NCBI GenBank assembly: GCA_011109175.1
Contig: RDEW01000039.1
Coordinates: 473,737 to 536,092, forward strand
DNA from: Dicyema japonicum
Lineage: Eukaryota; Animalia; Dicyemida
Reading direction: 5' to 3'
DNA: 62,356 nt
Positions 38,591 through 51,255 of this stretch are shown here, one piece after another. A program made the position numbers and the translations under genes. The notes beneath the pieces are model-generated. The model did no database searches. It saw nothing but the letters and a program-made list of their open reading frames with translations, and was not told where the DNA came from. How positions within the stretch are numbered: the first letter of the stretch is position 1; every line of letters begins with the position of its first letter.

Positions 38591-39758
38591 TTGTAATAAT
38601 ATTAATTTAAGATTTAATCTTCATTTATTTTTTGAGAGAGTTGTACTTAGCTGTATAGAATTGTTTATAAACACATTCTGAGAGGGAATTTTCCAAATTA
38701 TTAATAATATTCCATTTAGTAACGACATAATGCGAATAAGAATTTTTACGAGATTTCTCTCAGAAAAACAAAATTTTCAGTATAAATTAATGATTCAGTT
38801 TTATTTGATAATCAATCTGGCATATTGAAGTACAATTAATGTAAAATTATTGGAATATTGCAGATGATTTAATATCCGTAGTCATCATCCTGGTTTGATA
38901 CGTAAAGGGGAATACAAGACACGATTGAATTAAAAATGACGAACATAAAATTCATTTCAAAAACGAATCAATTTCTCACTTGTGGCATATATCATCAAAC
39001 TACGATTCCCTAAATAATGAGACTCGTCACAGGTAAAGAAGAAAAGAACGAGAAGCCATAAACATTTTCTATGCATTGGGTTAATTTCGTTGGATTAATT
39101 AACAAGAACGTTCTTACTTCTTAAAAACAAAATAAATTAAAAAACTTTCATTATTAAATAAAACGTGTTTTATAAATTAAAAAAACAGTAAGAAGCGGAA
39201 TAATTAGACTATCTGGAAAACTGGGACATTAGAGTCGTTCTTAGTAAAATAATCCCAAATATAGAGAATCTGGTAAAGCTTCACTACAGTAAATGGTCAC
39301 ATTAACATTTTTTATTAAAAAATACTAATTAATTATAACATACCATCTATAGTAATTATAGGGGGCGATACGAAAAAAAAGTTGAGAAACACTGACTTAG
39401 ATCATTTTCCTCAACTATGATTAAAGCAAAATGGGGTTTGGTCTCAAATAATTCATCTCCCCTAAGTTTTTCAAGCGAAGCTATGATGTGCGATGAAAAT
39501 ATTAGTCATACCAAATAACTGACACGTTCTCTGGAACTAAGAAAATAATATGATTCGAACACTAAAAATGTTCACATCCACTCTTAAAAGGTTTCCTAAC
39601 GGAGTCTAGAAGTGATGTGCGATGAAAATATTTGTCATACCAAATAACTGACACGTTCTCTGGAACTAAGAAAATAAAATGATTCAAACACTAAAAATGT
39701 ATACATCCACTCTTAAAAGGTTTCCTAACGGAGTCTAGAAGAGAATCGACCATGGAGT

Positions 39759-39866
39759 GATAACAGGCGTAGCCCGTCTGATGCTCAGTTTAGTGGGCTT
39801 TATGACTGAACGCAACTTTACGTCTGGTGACATCGGATCTGAAGGTCGTGGGTTCGAATCCGAAAG
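39759..39866 (+). pseudogene. Inserted tRNA-Phe(GAA)-like sequence retaining an intron, 3'-truncated
   Basis: gctcagtt..gactGAA-c-[~24 nt]-gatctgaaggtcgtgggttcgaatcc. It is absent from the homologous host repeat at ~16600 and is flanked by atggagt / atgtagt. Confidence 0.55.
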
Positions 39867-39979
39867 ATGTAGTTTTAAGCAAACAAAAATAAAAAGAAGT
39901 GAAGAGCATTCCTTAGTTTTCCCTTTACGATTAGTTAATTTCTTGAAATTGATGCATTTTAAGACATGTCTAAACCGAG

Positions 39980-40760
39980 GATGCCCTTTTTTTGGTATTT
40001 ATGACAAACTGGATGGTTCCATATAGCATCTGTTGTAGATCTTCTAACCCATGAAAGCCGCAGTATACAGGTGGGGAAAGTACACAACCCACATCTGTTT
40101 TGATCAGTTTCAGAATCTTCCAGGAGTTGTATGAACTCTTTTGGCTGAGGAATTAAAAAAATTTCGTAGAAGGTTAGTCTCGCCATAAATCAAGAAATTC
40201 TTTTATGAATTTCACACTTGTCACTGTGAGGCCATGGAAGTGGATTTATCTTCTTTTGTCTGAAAATGCGCCGGGAGGTACCCAGACACAAAATCTCAAC
40301 GATTTTGTCAAAAGTAGTCTGGTTTCAGCTAGGTTTCCGTCTCTGATCAAACCTCTGGGTTGGACCCTGCGAATACAAAGAGTCCTGATTTCCCATGGCA
40401 ATTTACTTATTTTCACACTGGAGACCTCTCGTTTAAGACATGGGTCAATTTATCCACCACTCCTACTTTGCATTTTCCTATCACTCTGACATCCTAAAAT
40501 TCGAGTCTTTAAAAAGAAAGTTGATGAAGTACTCAACTCTCAGATATCGTCTCTGTTTCCTCACAATCACCTGGAAAACCTCTGAAGTGGTAGGGAATTG
40601 GTAAAGGAATCATCAATGAAATTGGGAATGCAACTGTGGCACGACTCAGAGACCTCCCTCAACACTCAGTCGCTTGTTGGAGAATTGTTGGAAGGTCTCC
40701 CAGACAGAAGGCCGTGAACAAAGTCGTCAGGCGAAATATATATGCGACCGGTTATCCGTC
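39980..40760 (+). mobile_element. CRE-clade relic
   Basis: NLNDFVKSSLVSARFPSLIKPLG-LDPANTKSPD.PW parallels the 30.7 kb copy. Confidence 0.55.
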
Positions 40761-41593
40761 TATGCTCGAAATTGTCGGCTTATGAAGGAGTGGTAGAAAT
40801 CGGCCATACGGGGGGTATAATTTTTTTAGAAATATTTTTTTACATTTATATAATTAATTTTTGAAAATTGCAACATATTTAAAATTTTTATCCATACAAA
40901 GCAGCACAATTTCCTAATATGTAGGAAGACAATTTTTGCTGTTCAAAAAGTATTGGTTTTATGATAATTTGTGTTGAAAGTTAGAGTTTCGACTGGGAGA
41001 AAGTCATCTAATAACGGTGAAGATGAAATTTCACAAAAAATGTCATTTGAAAAATAATTGAATTCAAATTAACAGTCAAGATAAACAAAAAATAAAATGA
41101 CGCTACTCACATAGCGTTGGGTGCGCGTTCATGAAGGTAACTCATTGAATTTTCAGTGCCTGCAAGCCAATATGGAATCCTTTGTCATTTCATTGAGATT
41201 TAATAAAACATATAACTCTCACAAAATGAATTCTTTAAATCATGAAACAGAATCATGATTTTTCCCCGGTGCTGTTATTACCGATGTGGAACACTTAATT
41301 GTATTGAGCTCCCCCATTTCCAAAGATATTATCTTTCGTATTCAAAATATAAAACATTCAGAGATTAGTGGTGACACCGTTGATCTACTCTAACTTGATC
41401 TACATACTGCGTTTTTTCTATTAAAGAATTATCTTTTCCTTCCAAAGACTCATGTTTTCGGCAAGTTCCTTGCCTTGCTACTTCTATCAGTAAAGTCTGG
41501 AGAATTTTAACATTCTTATCTCCAAGACTAAATTGTGAATATTAATTTTGATAAAATTGTTTTGAAGCAAACTTTTTTAGCCATTAGACTTCT

Positions 41594-41940
41594 GTGGGCA
41601 TCGGCCTAACTTCTGTTGGAGACGTTCCTTTTCAATTCTTTGTGTCCTCTTTACCGTGCAACGCGTTTCTCATCCGGATCATTCTACAAGATTTCTGCAA
41701 GTCGGCTCTGGACGACAAAAATGCTGATGGGTGGATGGATTTCGGAGAAACACCTCTTGATCCACACCTACTGAGGAACTGGACTATCGTTCTGTACAAA
41801 AATACTCATTCGTCACTTATAAAAACAGAAGACTTACATCGTAGGGCTTGCATTCTGGCAGCCTCTTCCCCTCACAGCGGTGCTTGGCTGAACGCGTCTC
41901 CATCATCGTCAATTGGTCCCTTCGTGGCGTCACGCGGCCA
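41594..41940 (+). mobile_element. CRE-clade internal fragment (between RT and RLE)
   Basis: RACILAASSPHSGAWLNASPSSSIG matches the R.LA...P.SGAWL.A.P...LG motif. Confidence 0.75.
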
Positions 41941-42049
41941 AGAAAAAGGGTACTATTTGAATACGGAAGTTTATTAAGTTTTGCCTTCTGTGAGATGAAA
42001 CGTTTCCCGATTAATTGACCAAAATTAAAACTATTTGCCTGTAAATCAA

Positions 42050-42850
42050 ATAGTCACATTGAGACTTTATTGCATCAATGGGTCTTTTAAGAAATAATTT
42101 GATATAAAATCCAAAGCTTTCAAGGCTAAGCACTTTCAGTTGATAAAAAGGAGCAGAAAACTTTCCATCAAATTAAATGATTTACTTAGAAAATGGTCAA
42201 GAAAATTTTTTAAATTGAGACGAAACTGCAATTTTTTATAAATCATTTTCGAAAAAAGTGAATCATCGAACGGACATATGAAAAGAATGTCTCGTGTCTT
42301 TTATGTTGCAGCTACACATGAGAAAAATATAAGCCACTAGGACGGTTATAGTCGCCAAGAGTACTGGGAGAGTAAATCTAAAAGCCATTGGCATTGAATA
42401 TGACGCTTCATACAAAGATTTGATGACAAAAAGTATTTTTGAAAATATCTATCTTGTATTGTGAAGAAAAGACGAAAAAATCATTACTAATGGATAATAC
42501 AACTTATCTACTTTTATACAATATTCAAACATCGACATAATATTTTTCCACAAAATGCAACTTCTTTAATACAGTCACGTGATCATAGGATGATAAAAGC
42601 TTTGTAATCATTTATTGATGATTAAAACATTTATGGTAAAATCCTGTAGCTCAGATGGAGGAAACTATAGAAAGATCACAATATGCAATATCACTTTCAA
42701 AATTGGCATAAGACGAAACAAATAAATCAGCAATACGAAATCGCTTCAAAAGGCCTTGGATGTTTAACTTTGACAATATAAAACAACTATTAAACAGCGT
42801 GATGATCATAGCAGTGATTAAGATTACAGCGAGACACTTATTGAACATTC
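42050..42850 (+). mobile_element. pogo/Tigger relic
   Basis: DETAIFYK, LKAIG, PQNATSLIQ..D..MIKA and the SKLA..ETNKSAIR C-terminus. Confidence 0.65.
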
Positions 42851-43245
42851 AGAGTATAAAGAAGTGATAAGGATACGGATCGTGCATTCACAATGCTTCC
42901 TAGTGTCTCAAAAAGAACCTACTGAGAATGTTCTTAAACTATACAGATTTAAAGAGACATTTATTACATAAATAACAAAATAACATGAAAATAACAGTTA
43001 TATATTTTGCAATAGTTTATTCTGAAGACAATCAGGATGGCTGATTCTAGGGACAGGAATGTGAATCTAAATTATCAATACAACTACTTGTTAAAATGCC
43101 GGAATTGTTAAAATCGTCCAACATAATAATTCCAACTAATAACATGCATAATGTCAAAATCACTTGAAATGGATAATAATTAAGTCATTTCCTCAAATAG
43201 AGATCTCTTACTCTATTTTCTACTTAAAAGAGTACAAATGGAATA

Positions 43246-44071
43246 TGTCGCGTCCCGCACGGGTTACCCATCCTGTGCTGGTTACATGCTACCTGTCATT
43301 CAATCAATATTAATTGGTTTCTAATAAAAAAATCAGAGAATTTATTTTTTGTAAGTATATATTTTGTTGACTTGGCTAAGTTGACTATTTTTAATTCTCA
43401 TGAAAGTGCCTTGATCTGTTATAAAAATATTAAACAAACTTCTATTCGGTTGTTCGACAAAATTGGTGTACTTTCACTTGGTTATTCATATGGAGATTCA
43501 AATAAGCTCAACTTTATCAATGGACTAGTACCATAATCTAAGACTCGTATCTAAAATTATTCACTATAAATACCTCATTCCCAATTAAAATAGGCTGAAT
43601 CTTGATTTGGTGAAAAAAATTAAGATCAAAATGATCTGCATCTATGTTTTAAGCATACTTTGTACAATAATTACATGAAACATTTGAAATATGTTCCACG
43701 TCAAAATCTTCTGTTGATCGTGGAAAAACATCATCCGAACTCTCACTTTCTGTGAAATTAAAAAATAATAAACCTTTATGCTCACTTCTTTTTTAATTAA
43801 TTTTTCCAGTTTTTAGTTGATTGTAAAATTTCTTGTCAAAATGTGGTTAAACCTTTCTATGATCCCATGAAACAAATAAACTATTATTTAATTACTTGTG
43901 ATTGTGGATAATTTGGTATTCCATAAAAGCACATGTTGAATATTTATAAATAACGACAAAATTTATATTTCCGAAATGAGTAAAAATGATTAAAGTCACA
44001 TTAAGTATGACATCTAACTGCGATTGACGGAGACATGTTACCAGCACAGGACGCGTAACCACCATAAGACA
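43246..44071. mobile_element. Second non-autonomous TG..CA TIR element with 5-bp TSD
   Basis: TGTC..GACA ends; subterminal inverted block ggttacc/g..tcctgtgctggt.acatg; GAATA on both sides (43241-43245, 44072-44076). Confidence 0.65.
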
Positions 44072-44539
44072 GAATAGCTCTAATAATTTACAAATATGTA
44101 CCTCAGCTAAGCTTACTGTAGTTATTTATTTTTATTTTCCATACCAGAGCACGTAAAATGTTTCTACTTTCTGAAAGATATTTGAACAATTCAGTCTGTC
44201 TGAGAAGCCTCATTTGAGTAAAAAATGTCCAGGAAATAATTAGTAACTGATGCGGTACTATTATAAGCAGATTCAAGATTATTCCCATCCAAGAACGACT
44301 CAAAGACTAAAGACGGAAAATTCTATACCAACTGTAACTCTCCCGTCGTTTTGTCTCAAAACCCTAAAGTGAATACTAGAAAAACCTTCTAGTTCAACTT
44401 AGAATGGTCAAATACAGCATACCGTTTGTTTAATTCCTTTCCCTCATATTTGGAAGCAGAGAGAATCACAGCCAAATATGGACCACCAATCTCAAAGATA
44501 TAGAATTCTCAGATTGAGTAGAATAAATATATTTAGTTT

Positions 44540-46900
44540 AATTAACTAATTCCTGTATTGATAATATGTAAAATTTTCTTATAAATTAATGGCAAAACTA
44601 ACCTGACCATATGATTTAATATTTCGTTAATGAGTGATATTGCTACTGTCATGGTTGATGCATTAACAGAATCAGGAAAAGTGGATGGAATACCAAATTC
44701 AATCAGTATCCAATTCCAATGGCCTACTAGTATTAAATAATATAACAACCCAATTCGTTATATCTCCCTGTTTTATTAATCATAGTAGAACCAGTATTAC
44801 AAACAATTCCAGTCATTTCCATGCTAAGCCATCGAGCAGTATACAATAAACACAACAAACCCTTTTTAATAAACATTTTACCCAATTGAACAAAATCATA
44901 ATTAAATTTATTAAAACATTCATTGCACTTTTTAATAAATTCTGTACTCTCTCCATTTTCATTGGCATATGAAAGTTTATTTTTCGATATCTTCAATAAT
45001 ACCTTAAGCGTCCACGTCCTATCTCTGAAATCCCTTACAGTATTATATAAAAAGGATTCTCTCCTTGACGAACTATGGCCTTTTCCTCTACGAATGCAAA
45101 GTGAATTGTGTGATAGTCTTTCTGACAGTAATTTAATTCAAAATAATAATCTTAATGTTTATTCTTCATCCTTTGGTAGTTGGTGAAATGGAATTCTTTT
45201 TCCTTTTTCTGTAAATATTTCCTCCAATTGTTTTGTAATAAATTTAGGTTCTCCATAGTTATCACTACAATGTACATTAGTCCTTACTATTCTGTCCTCT
45301 CAATTCCAAATCATCTCTTGTTGACAGTTTAAACGTAGGTTAATAACATGACTTGAAGCAGATTTACTATCACTTGGAATGGCATATGGCTAAAGTACAT
45401 TAGAGTATTAACCTGTAGTCTATTAGTCAATATATTATTTGGACACACAGTCCCAACATCCACATGGTATATCAATGGTGTACAAATAAATTTGGATGAT
45501 TTAAAATGTCCAATTCGTTTAAGCAGTCAACATACATTCCAAAATAGATATTATGTTCCTCAGAGAATAATAGATGTAGAACAGAACGAGTATTATTAGT
45601 TAACCATTCAATGGTAGATGCACTCTTTAAATTATTATTATTACTACAATTCTAAATTTATATGGTGTATCAGTTCTAAAAGTCCATTTTCGAATCCCCC
45701 CACGTGCTCACATATATGTCTCTGATTCTATTACTTGTCCATCTTCAGTAAAACAATCTGCTTACATATGTTTGATTGTCCCACTTTAGAAACCTGTGTC
45801 AATAGTACCTAAAGAGAATGCCTGTTTCTTTTCTTAGAACCTTAAATATAATGTAATAACAACCTCATCAAGAATTTGCAATAATTAGCTTCCATATGTT
45901 TGATTGTCCCACTTTAGAAACCTGTGTCAATAGTACCTAAAGAGAGTGCCTGTTTCTTTTCTTAGAACCTTAAATATAATGTAATAACAACCTCATCAAG
46001 AATGTGGAATAATTAATGGAAATATATGTGTTAATAAAATTAAATAATAAGAAGCAACAGCATCAGAGTAAGCTTCGAAGGATTGAAGGTCCTCATTTCC
46101 TTAGAATACACATCTTCAGGATCCACCTCAACTGGTTCATACTTTAATTTAGTTCGGTTACTCTTTTAAGTCCCTGACTCCTAATTGGTAAATAACCATC
46201 TCTTTTCACTCATCTAATATAACAATAAAATAAACTTATCCATAATACATGCACAGCGACAAATATAATCTCCTTGATAACCCTTCTTTATTCCAATCTC
46301 ATCACACATGGTTATATTGTGAAATGAAGCTCTAGAATCTTAAATGTGACAAATGCATCCGCTGAAATTGTATCACATGGTAAAGAAAGGTAGTCAATGC
46401 AGATTTCTGTTATTAATATAAATATAACTTCATCTGGCTGATTTATCATTGTAAACTTTCCACCAACCCCAGGAATGGGTATATACTCAAAATCATGAAA
46501 ATCATGAGGTACCACATCACGATTGATGACTAGAATCCCTGTGATGACTTAGATATGATACATTTCCATAAATAAAATACGAAGTCATAAATCCTCAAAA
46601 TATGTTATTCTTCTTGAATGCTTGTGTCCAATGAGAACATCATCACACGGCAAGTAAAAATATGCTTTATATGGCATAGTTAGCTTTTGTTACAATTCAA
46701 CATACTTTAAGTTAGTTTCCATCCTCCTCCATAAAGTAAAGGTTGACTGATAGCAAAAATTGACCATACTAATTAGTTGTAACGCTCTTCTCTTATATTG
46801 TATGTTAACAGTCTTCATATTGATTAAAAAACCTTCCTTTCTGATTTTTTGTCATTATTCATAGCCGTATCTCTGTTATCAAATAAATCCCTTCCTTTTG
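44540..46900 (-). pseudogene. Long degenerate multi-exon gene of unknown product
   Basis: Repeated 22-25 nt GT-AG segments. The 3' end splices cleanly (..GRYNEL|VGHWNWILIEFGIPSTFPDSV..NHMVR|KFYILSIQELVN*). Upstream parts have stops and frameshifts. Confidence 0.45.
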
Positions 46901-46989
46901 CATTTACCGACTATCAATCTTTGTCTCCCACTATTTGATTTATTTAAATTTAATATTTTAAATATTAAATTAATATTAATAATATTTAT

Positions 46990-48256
46990 CTTATCACTAC
47001 TTTAGAATAAAATCCAAAGATTATAAAAATAGTTATTAATATTAATGATTCGATGTTCAGTCTGCTGTATCGGACTACAAATTCTATAAATAGGTTTTCG
47101 CTGTGCACAAGTATTTACTTTCCGGATTACATTGTTTTTGGAAGATAAATGATCGGATTAGCATCATTCAACTACTTATTGGATCCAGAGGGAAATCTAG
47201 ATAGCTAATCTCTTTTGTTAATGTGTACGCCACGCATAGTGGCCGCGTTTCTAAGACTGGAAGAATTGGCGCTTTCTACGAAGAACTTGTCAAGATTGTA
47301 TCCCACCTGAAGTCTTCCTCATTCATCTTATTACGGGCGATTGGAATGCTTTTGATTTGTTCCTATGCAACACTCAATTCCAACATTCCAGACGTCATAA
47401 AACAATCTGGGATGGCTCCTGACTTTCGAACACTGGAAATCCGATAAAGATTTATAATTGATTATATTGTTTGTCGAATAAAAGACAAATCTCTGTACGC
47501 GACTCGAGGTCTTATGGATGACTCATTCTTATCAGTGACCACATAATTATGTCTTCAAAATTCAATCTAAATCTAATCTAACTGGGGAAGATCGCCATGA
47601 GATTAACACTCGAAATTTAAGTAGATGTTTCATCCAAACACAATGTGTTGGGAATTCCACGAGATCAAGAAGGAGGTATATGACTGAACTCTTGGACTAG
47701 TTGCAAGACTGCAAACAGAATATCAAGAGTGTGTCAATCACAAGTATAGGAACGGATCTTCAACCGGGAAAAACATAGTACGAAACTGTGAGGGGGATCT
47801 TTCCCGCGGCTGACAAACACCTTGGGAAACCTAAGCAATCGGCGTCACCCTATTGTATCTGCAGAAGGATTTAAGGATCAGATCCGAAAATAATGTGAAT
47901 CCGCAAACTGTTTCCAAACTGAAACAAGAAAGAAGGCGAATTGAGAAAAATCAATCTCATAAACAAGCAACATCACCACCAAATTGGTAAACAAAATTAA
48001 AGAGGTAGAACTCTTTAACAGCGCTGTAACATTTATGGCTATTCGACTAATGAAGAGAGAGAACCAATCAGGAGAGCTTCTTCTGCAAGACAGAAATGTA
48101 AAAACAATAAGAGATGCTACCAAACAGACAAAGTTCGGCACATTACACTTTGAACAGTTTTTCTTTGTGAAAAGAGAGAAATCTGACTTACACAAGAAGA
48201 CATTAAAAACGAACGGATCATCTTATCGGAGGAGGTCAATCAAAACTGAAAACTAA
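46990..48256 (+). pseudogene. First of two tandem copies of a decayed mini-intron gene with LRR-like segments
   Basis: Near-identical to 48388-49860; introns gttaatgtgtacgccacgcatag and gtatatgactgaactcttggactag; FLRLEELALS and CIPPEVF are LRR-like. Confidence 0.4.
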
Positions 48257-48402
48257 AAAATAAATAAAATAAAAAATTTACTTTCACATAATTTCTTTAT
48301 TATTAGAAGTTGCAGCATGAAATGAAAATGATTGATCTCTGAGGTACATTTTTTGTAGCACGAGTGCATATTATTAAGCCAAAATCANTACTTTAGAATA
48401 AA

Positions 48403-48746
48403 GATGCTTGGTTGCAAGGTCCTCGTTATTCCTATAGTAATGACGTATGAAGGAATTGCAATAAAGTACCACAAGGGTTATCTGAAGCAGTTGGGGGTAA
48501 ATAGGAAGCTCCAGGGCTATTTACAGTCCACTATGTTAAAGCGGATCCTAGAGAGCCTGAGACTGGAGTATAGGAGGCAGAGCCCTGAGATGCCATATGG
48601 GCAGAGGGTTCAATTGGACAAGGCGCTCTCGGAGTTGTTTCAGCAACCAGAATCGAACTTGCCTGAGGAGGATGGCGAACAGGCAGGCGAGGAAGGTTGT
48701 TGATTATTAAATATTAACTTTTTGTCGTTTGTTAAATAAAGTGGAT
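48403..48746 (+). mobile_element. 5'-truncated REL-type (R4/NeSL-like) non-LTR 3' end with 12-bp TSD
   Basis: CKVLVIPIVMTYEG...KYHKGYLKQLGV...YLQSTMLKR; CTTTAGAATAAA at 48391-48402 and 48747-48758. The empty site is present in the first tandem copy near 47000. Confidence 0.8.
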
Positions 48747-49860
48747 CTTTAGAATAAAACCAAAAGATTTAAAAATAGTTATTAATATTAATAATTCGAT
48801 GTTCAGTCAGCTGTATCGGACTACAAATTTTATGGATAGGTTTTCGCTGTGCACAAGTATTTACTTTCCGGATTACATTGCTTTTGGAAGATAAATGATC
48901 GGATTATCGTCATTCAATTACTTATTGGACCCAGATGGAAATCTAGACAGCTAATCTCTCTTGTAAATGTGTACGTCACATATAGTAGCAGCGTTTTTAA
49001 GACTGGAAGAATTGGGCGCTTTTTACAAAGAACTTGTCAAGATTGTATTTCACCTGAAGTCTTTTTCATTCATCTTATTACGGGCGATTTGAATGCTTTT
49101 GACTTTTTCCTATGCAACACCAAATTCAAACATTCCGGACGTCATAAAACAATCTGGGAATGCTCCTGACTTTCGAACACTGGAATTCCGATAATGATTT
49201 ATAATTGACTATATTGTTTTTCGAATAATAGACAAATCTCTGTACGCGACTGGAGGTCTTATGGATGCCTCATTCTTATCAGTGACCACAGAATTATGTA
49301 TTTAAAATTCAATCTAACTCTGATCTAACTGAGCCAGATGGCAATGAGATTAACAATCGAAATCTAAGTAGATGTTTCATCCAAACACAATGTGGTAGGA
49401 ATTCCACGAGATCATGAAGGAGGAATATGACTGAACTTTTGGACTAGTTGCAAGAATGCAAACAGAATATCAAGAGTGTGTATCAGAGTCTATCAGAAGT
49501 ATAGGAACGGATCTTCAACCGGGAAAGACATGGTACGAAACTGTGAGAGGGATCTTTCCCGCAGCTGACGAACACCTTGGGAAACCTAAGACTTGCTAGC
49601 CCTATTGTATCTGCAGAAGGATTTAAGGATCAGATCCGAAAATAATGTGAATCCGCAAACTGTTTCCAAACTGAAACGAGAAAGAAGGCGAATTGAGAGA
49701 AAATCAAACTCTTAAACAACATCACCACCCACTTGGATACAAAATTAAATAAGTCGAACTCTTTAACAGCGCTGTAACATTTATGGCTATTCGACTAATG
49801 AAAAGGGAGAACCAATCAGGAGAGCTTCTGCAAGACAGAACTCTAGCAAGATTCCCAACT
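48747..49860 (+). pseudogene. Second tandem copy of the decayed LRR-like gene
   Basis: Colinear with 47000-48090. Confidence 0.4.
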
Positions 49861-50000
49861 CTGCAAAAATACACTCGACTAGCCATTTTCTGGTTATGGC
49901 GCAAATTTTAATTTTAAAATTAAATAATAATCTATAAAAAAGAAAGAAAAGAAAGCAAACGGTTATAAAGTGGCTGCCCTGACTGCGTGGCTATTATCTC

Positions 50001-50760
50001 TTAGGATAGCGAGCAAGATTCTCTCAAATTACTAGCAGCGCTCACAAGGGTCTCCGGTTGTGTAGCGATCCGATTCTCTAGACGACTCAAAAATTCCAAC
50101 GTCGCAGGCGCAAGGGAACCAGACGTCTCAACGGCGAGTGGAACAAACAAAAAATCCTTGGGTAGGACCTCGTACTTTTCCTGTTTCATCTTCTCGGTCT
50201 TTTCAGAGGCGGAACAGGCTCCAGAGGCACTCTGGAGTAGTTGCAAGAGGCAAATGTGTCGGTGCAGGTGACGTCCCAGACAAGAGGTTTCCCGACTTCA
50301 AAAGGGAAGATTGTCATCCAATCTGGTAGTTTCCTGTCCTGCCTGCAAAGACCGACAGGTTCGAGCATGGAGGGGTGTCCGGCGGACCCCAATGTCTATA
50401 TCAGGCTTCCCTCCGCAGTTGGTCTCAGAATACAGGATTAATCCCTAAAGAGGAGAGTTTCTTTGTGTATCTAGAGGATATTTCCCGATATAATCGACTT
50501 TTGGCTATGGGATGCTCTAGAAACTTAGCAAAACGAATTGTTTGTGTATTTATTCCAACGAAGGGATGAGAGATCCTGAAGAATCAGAAATTGACTACTT
50601 CCATTATCCTCGTCTCTTTTCGTAAAGAGGCGAACGTTGTTACACGTGATTTAGCTGATTCGACTTTTATGCGGTTTTTCACGAACCAGAGATCTACCAG
50701 GTTTAGTGTTTCTTGCACTTGTCACCTCCTCAGGTCTCTGATGTCTAACTGCACTAGCGA
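50001..50760 (-). mobile_element. CRE-clade relic (RLE domain)
   Basis: GSAGHPSMLEPVGLCRQDRKLPDWMTIFPFEVGKPLVWDVTCTDTFA; KQEKYEVL..FVPLAVETSGSL..FLSRL. Confidence 0.9.
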
Positions 50761-50812
50761 AGTCGTCAACATAAGAAAATGAAATGATTTTAATAATTAA
50801 GTGTTAGTAATG

Positions 50813-51255
50813 TTACTTCCTAAGTACATTAGGATAATAATCTGATTGTTTGTATTTTATGCAGTCACTGGAAATCACAATTCGATTCGGATTACCATCA
50901 CTAATGTATTTATTCCCCCAACGGTCATAATAACGAATTCCGACATTATTTCTCACCAAATAAGCCATCTTCTCAAAGTCATGGGTTCTTAAATGAATAA
51001 ACTATACAAACACATAATCTCCGTTCCTCTTCCTAGTAAAATAGTCAACTCCTTCCACGTATGTCTCGTCCAACTAAAAATCAGTCATATTTTAACGATC
51101 CAGTCATCCACTAGAGACTTCCATAACATAATTGCTTTTTTGAAATCTTCCTCTGCGCTTAGATATTTCTCCTTTAATATTTGATACTCCTCCTCTGTTT
51201 TTTCAATGGGCGGCTGATCCTTAATCCACATGTCAAAATTGCTCTCGTTGACCAT
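50813..51255 (-). CDS. Apparently intact 3-exon orphan gene, 131 aa
   Basis: ATG at 51255. Exons 51255-51097, 51073-51012 and 50987-50813; GT-AG introns of 23 and 24 nt. The 396-nt spliced frame is open to TAA: MVNESNFDMWIKDQPP...YYPNVLRK. Confidence 0.75.

Noticed and set aside
49565-49584. CTGACGA..GAAA hammerhead-like core
   Set aside because: Stem II does not close, and the motif is not conserved in the paralogous copy at ~47810.
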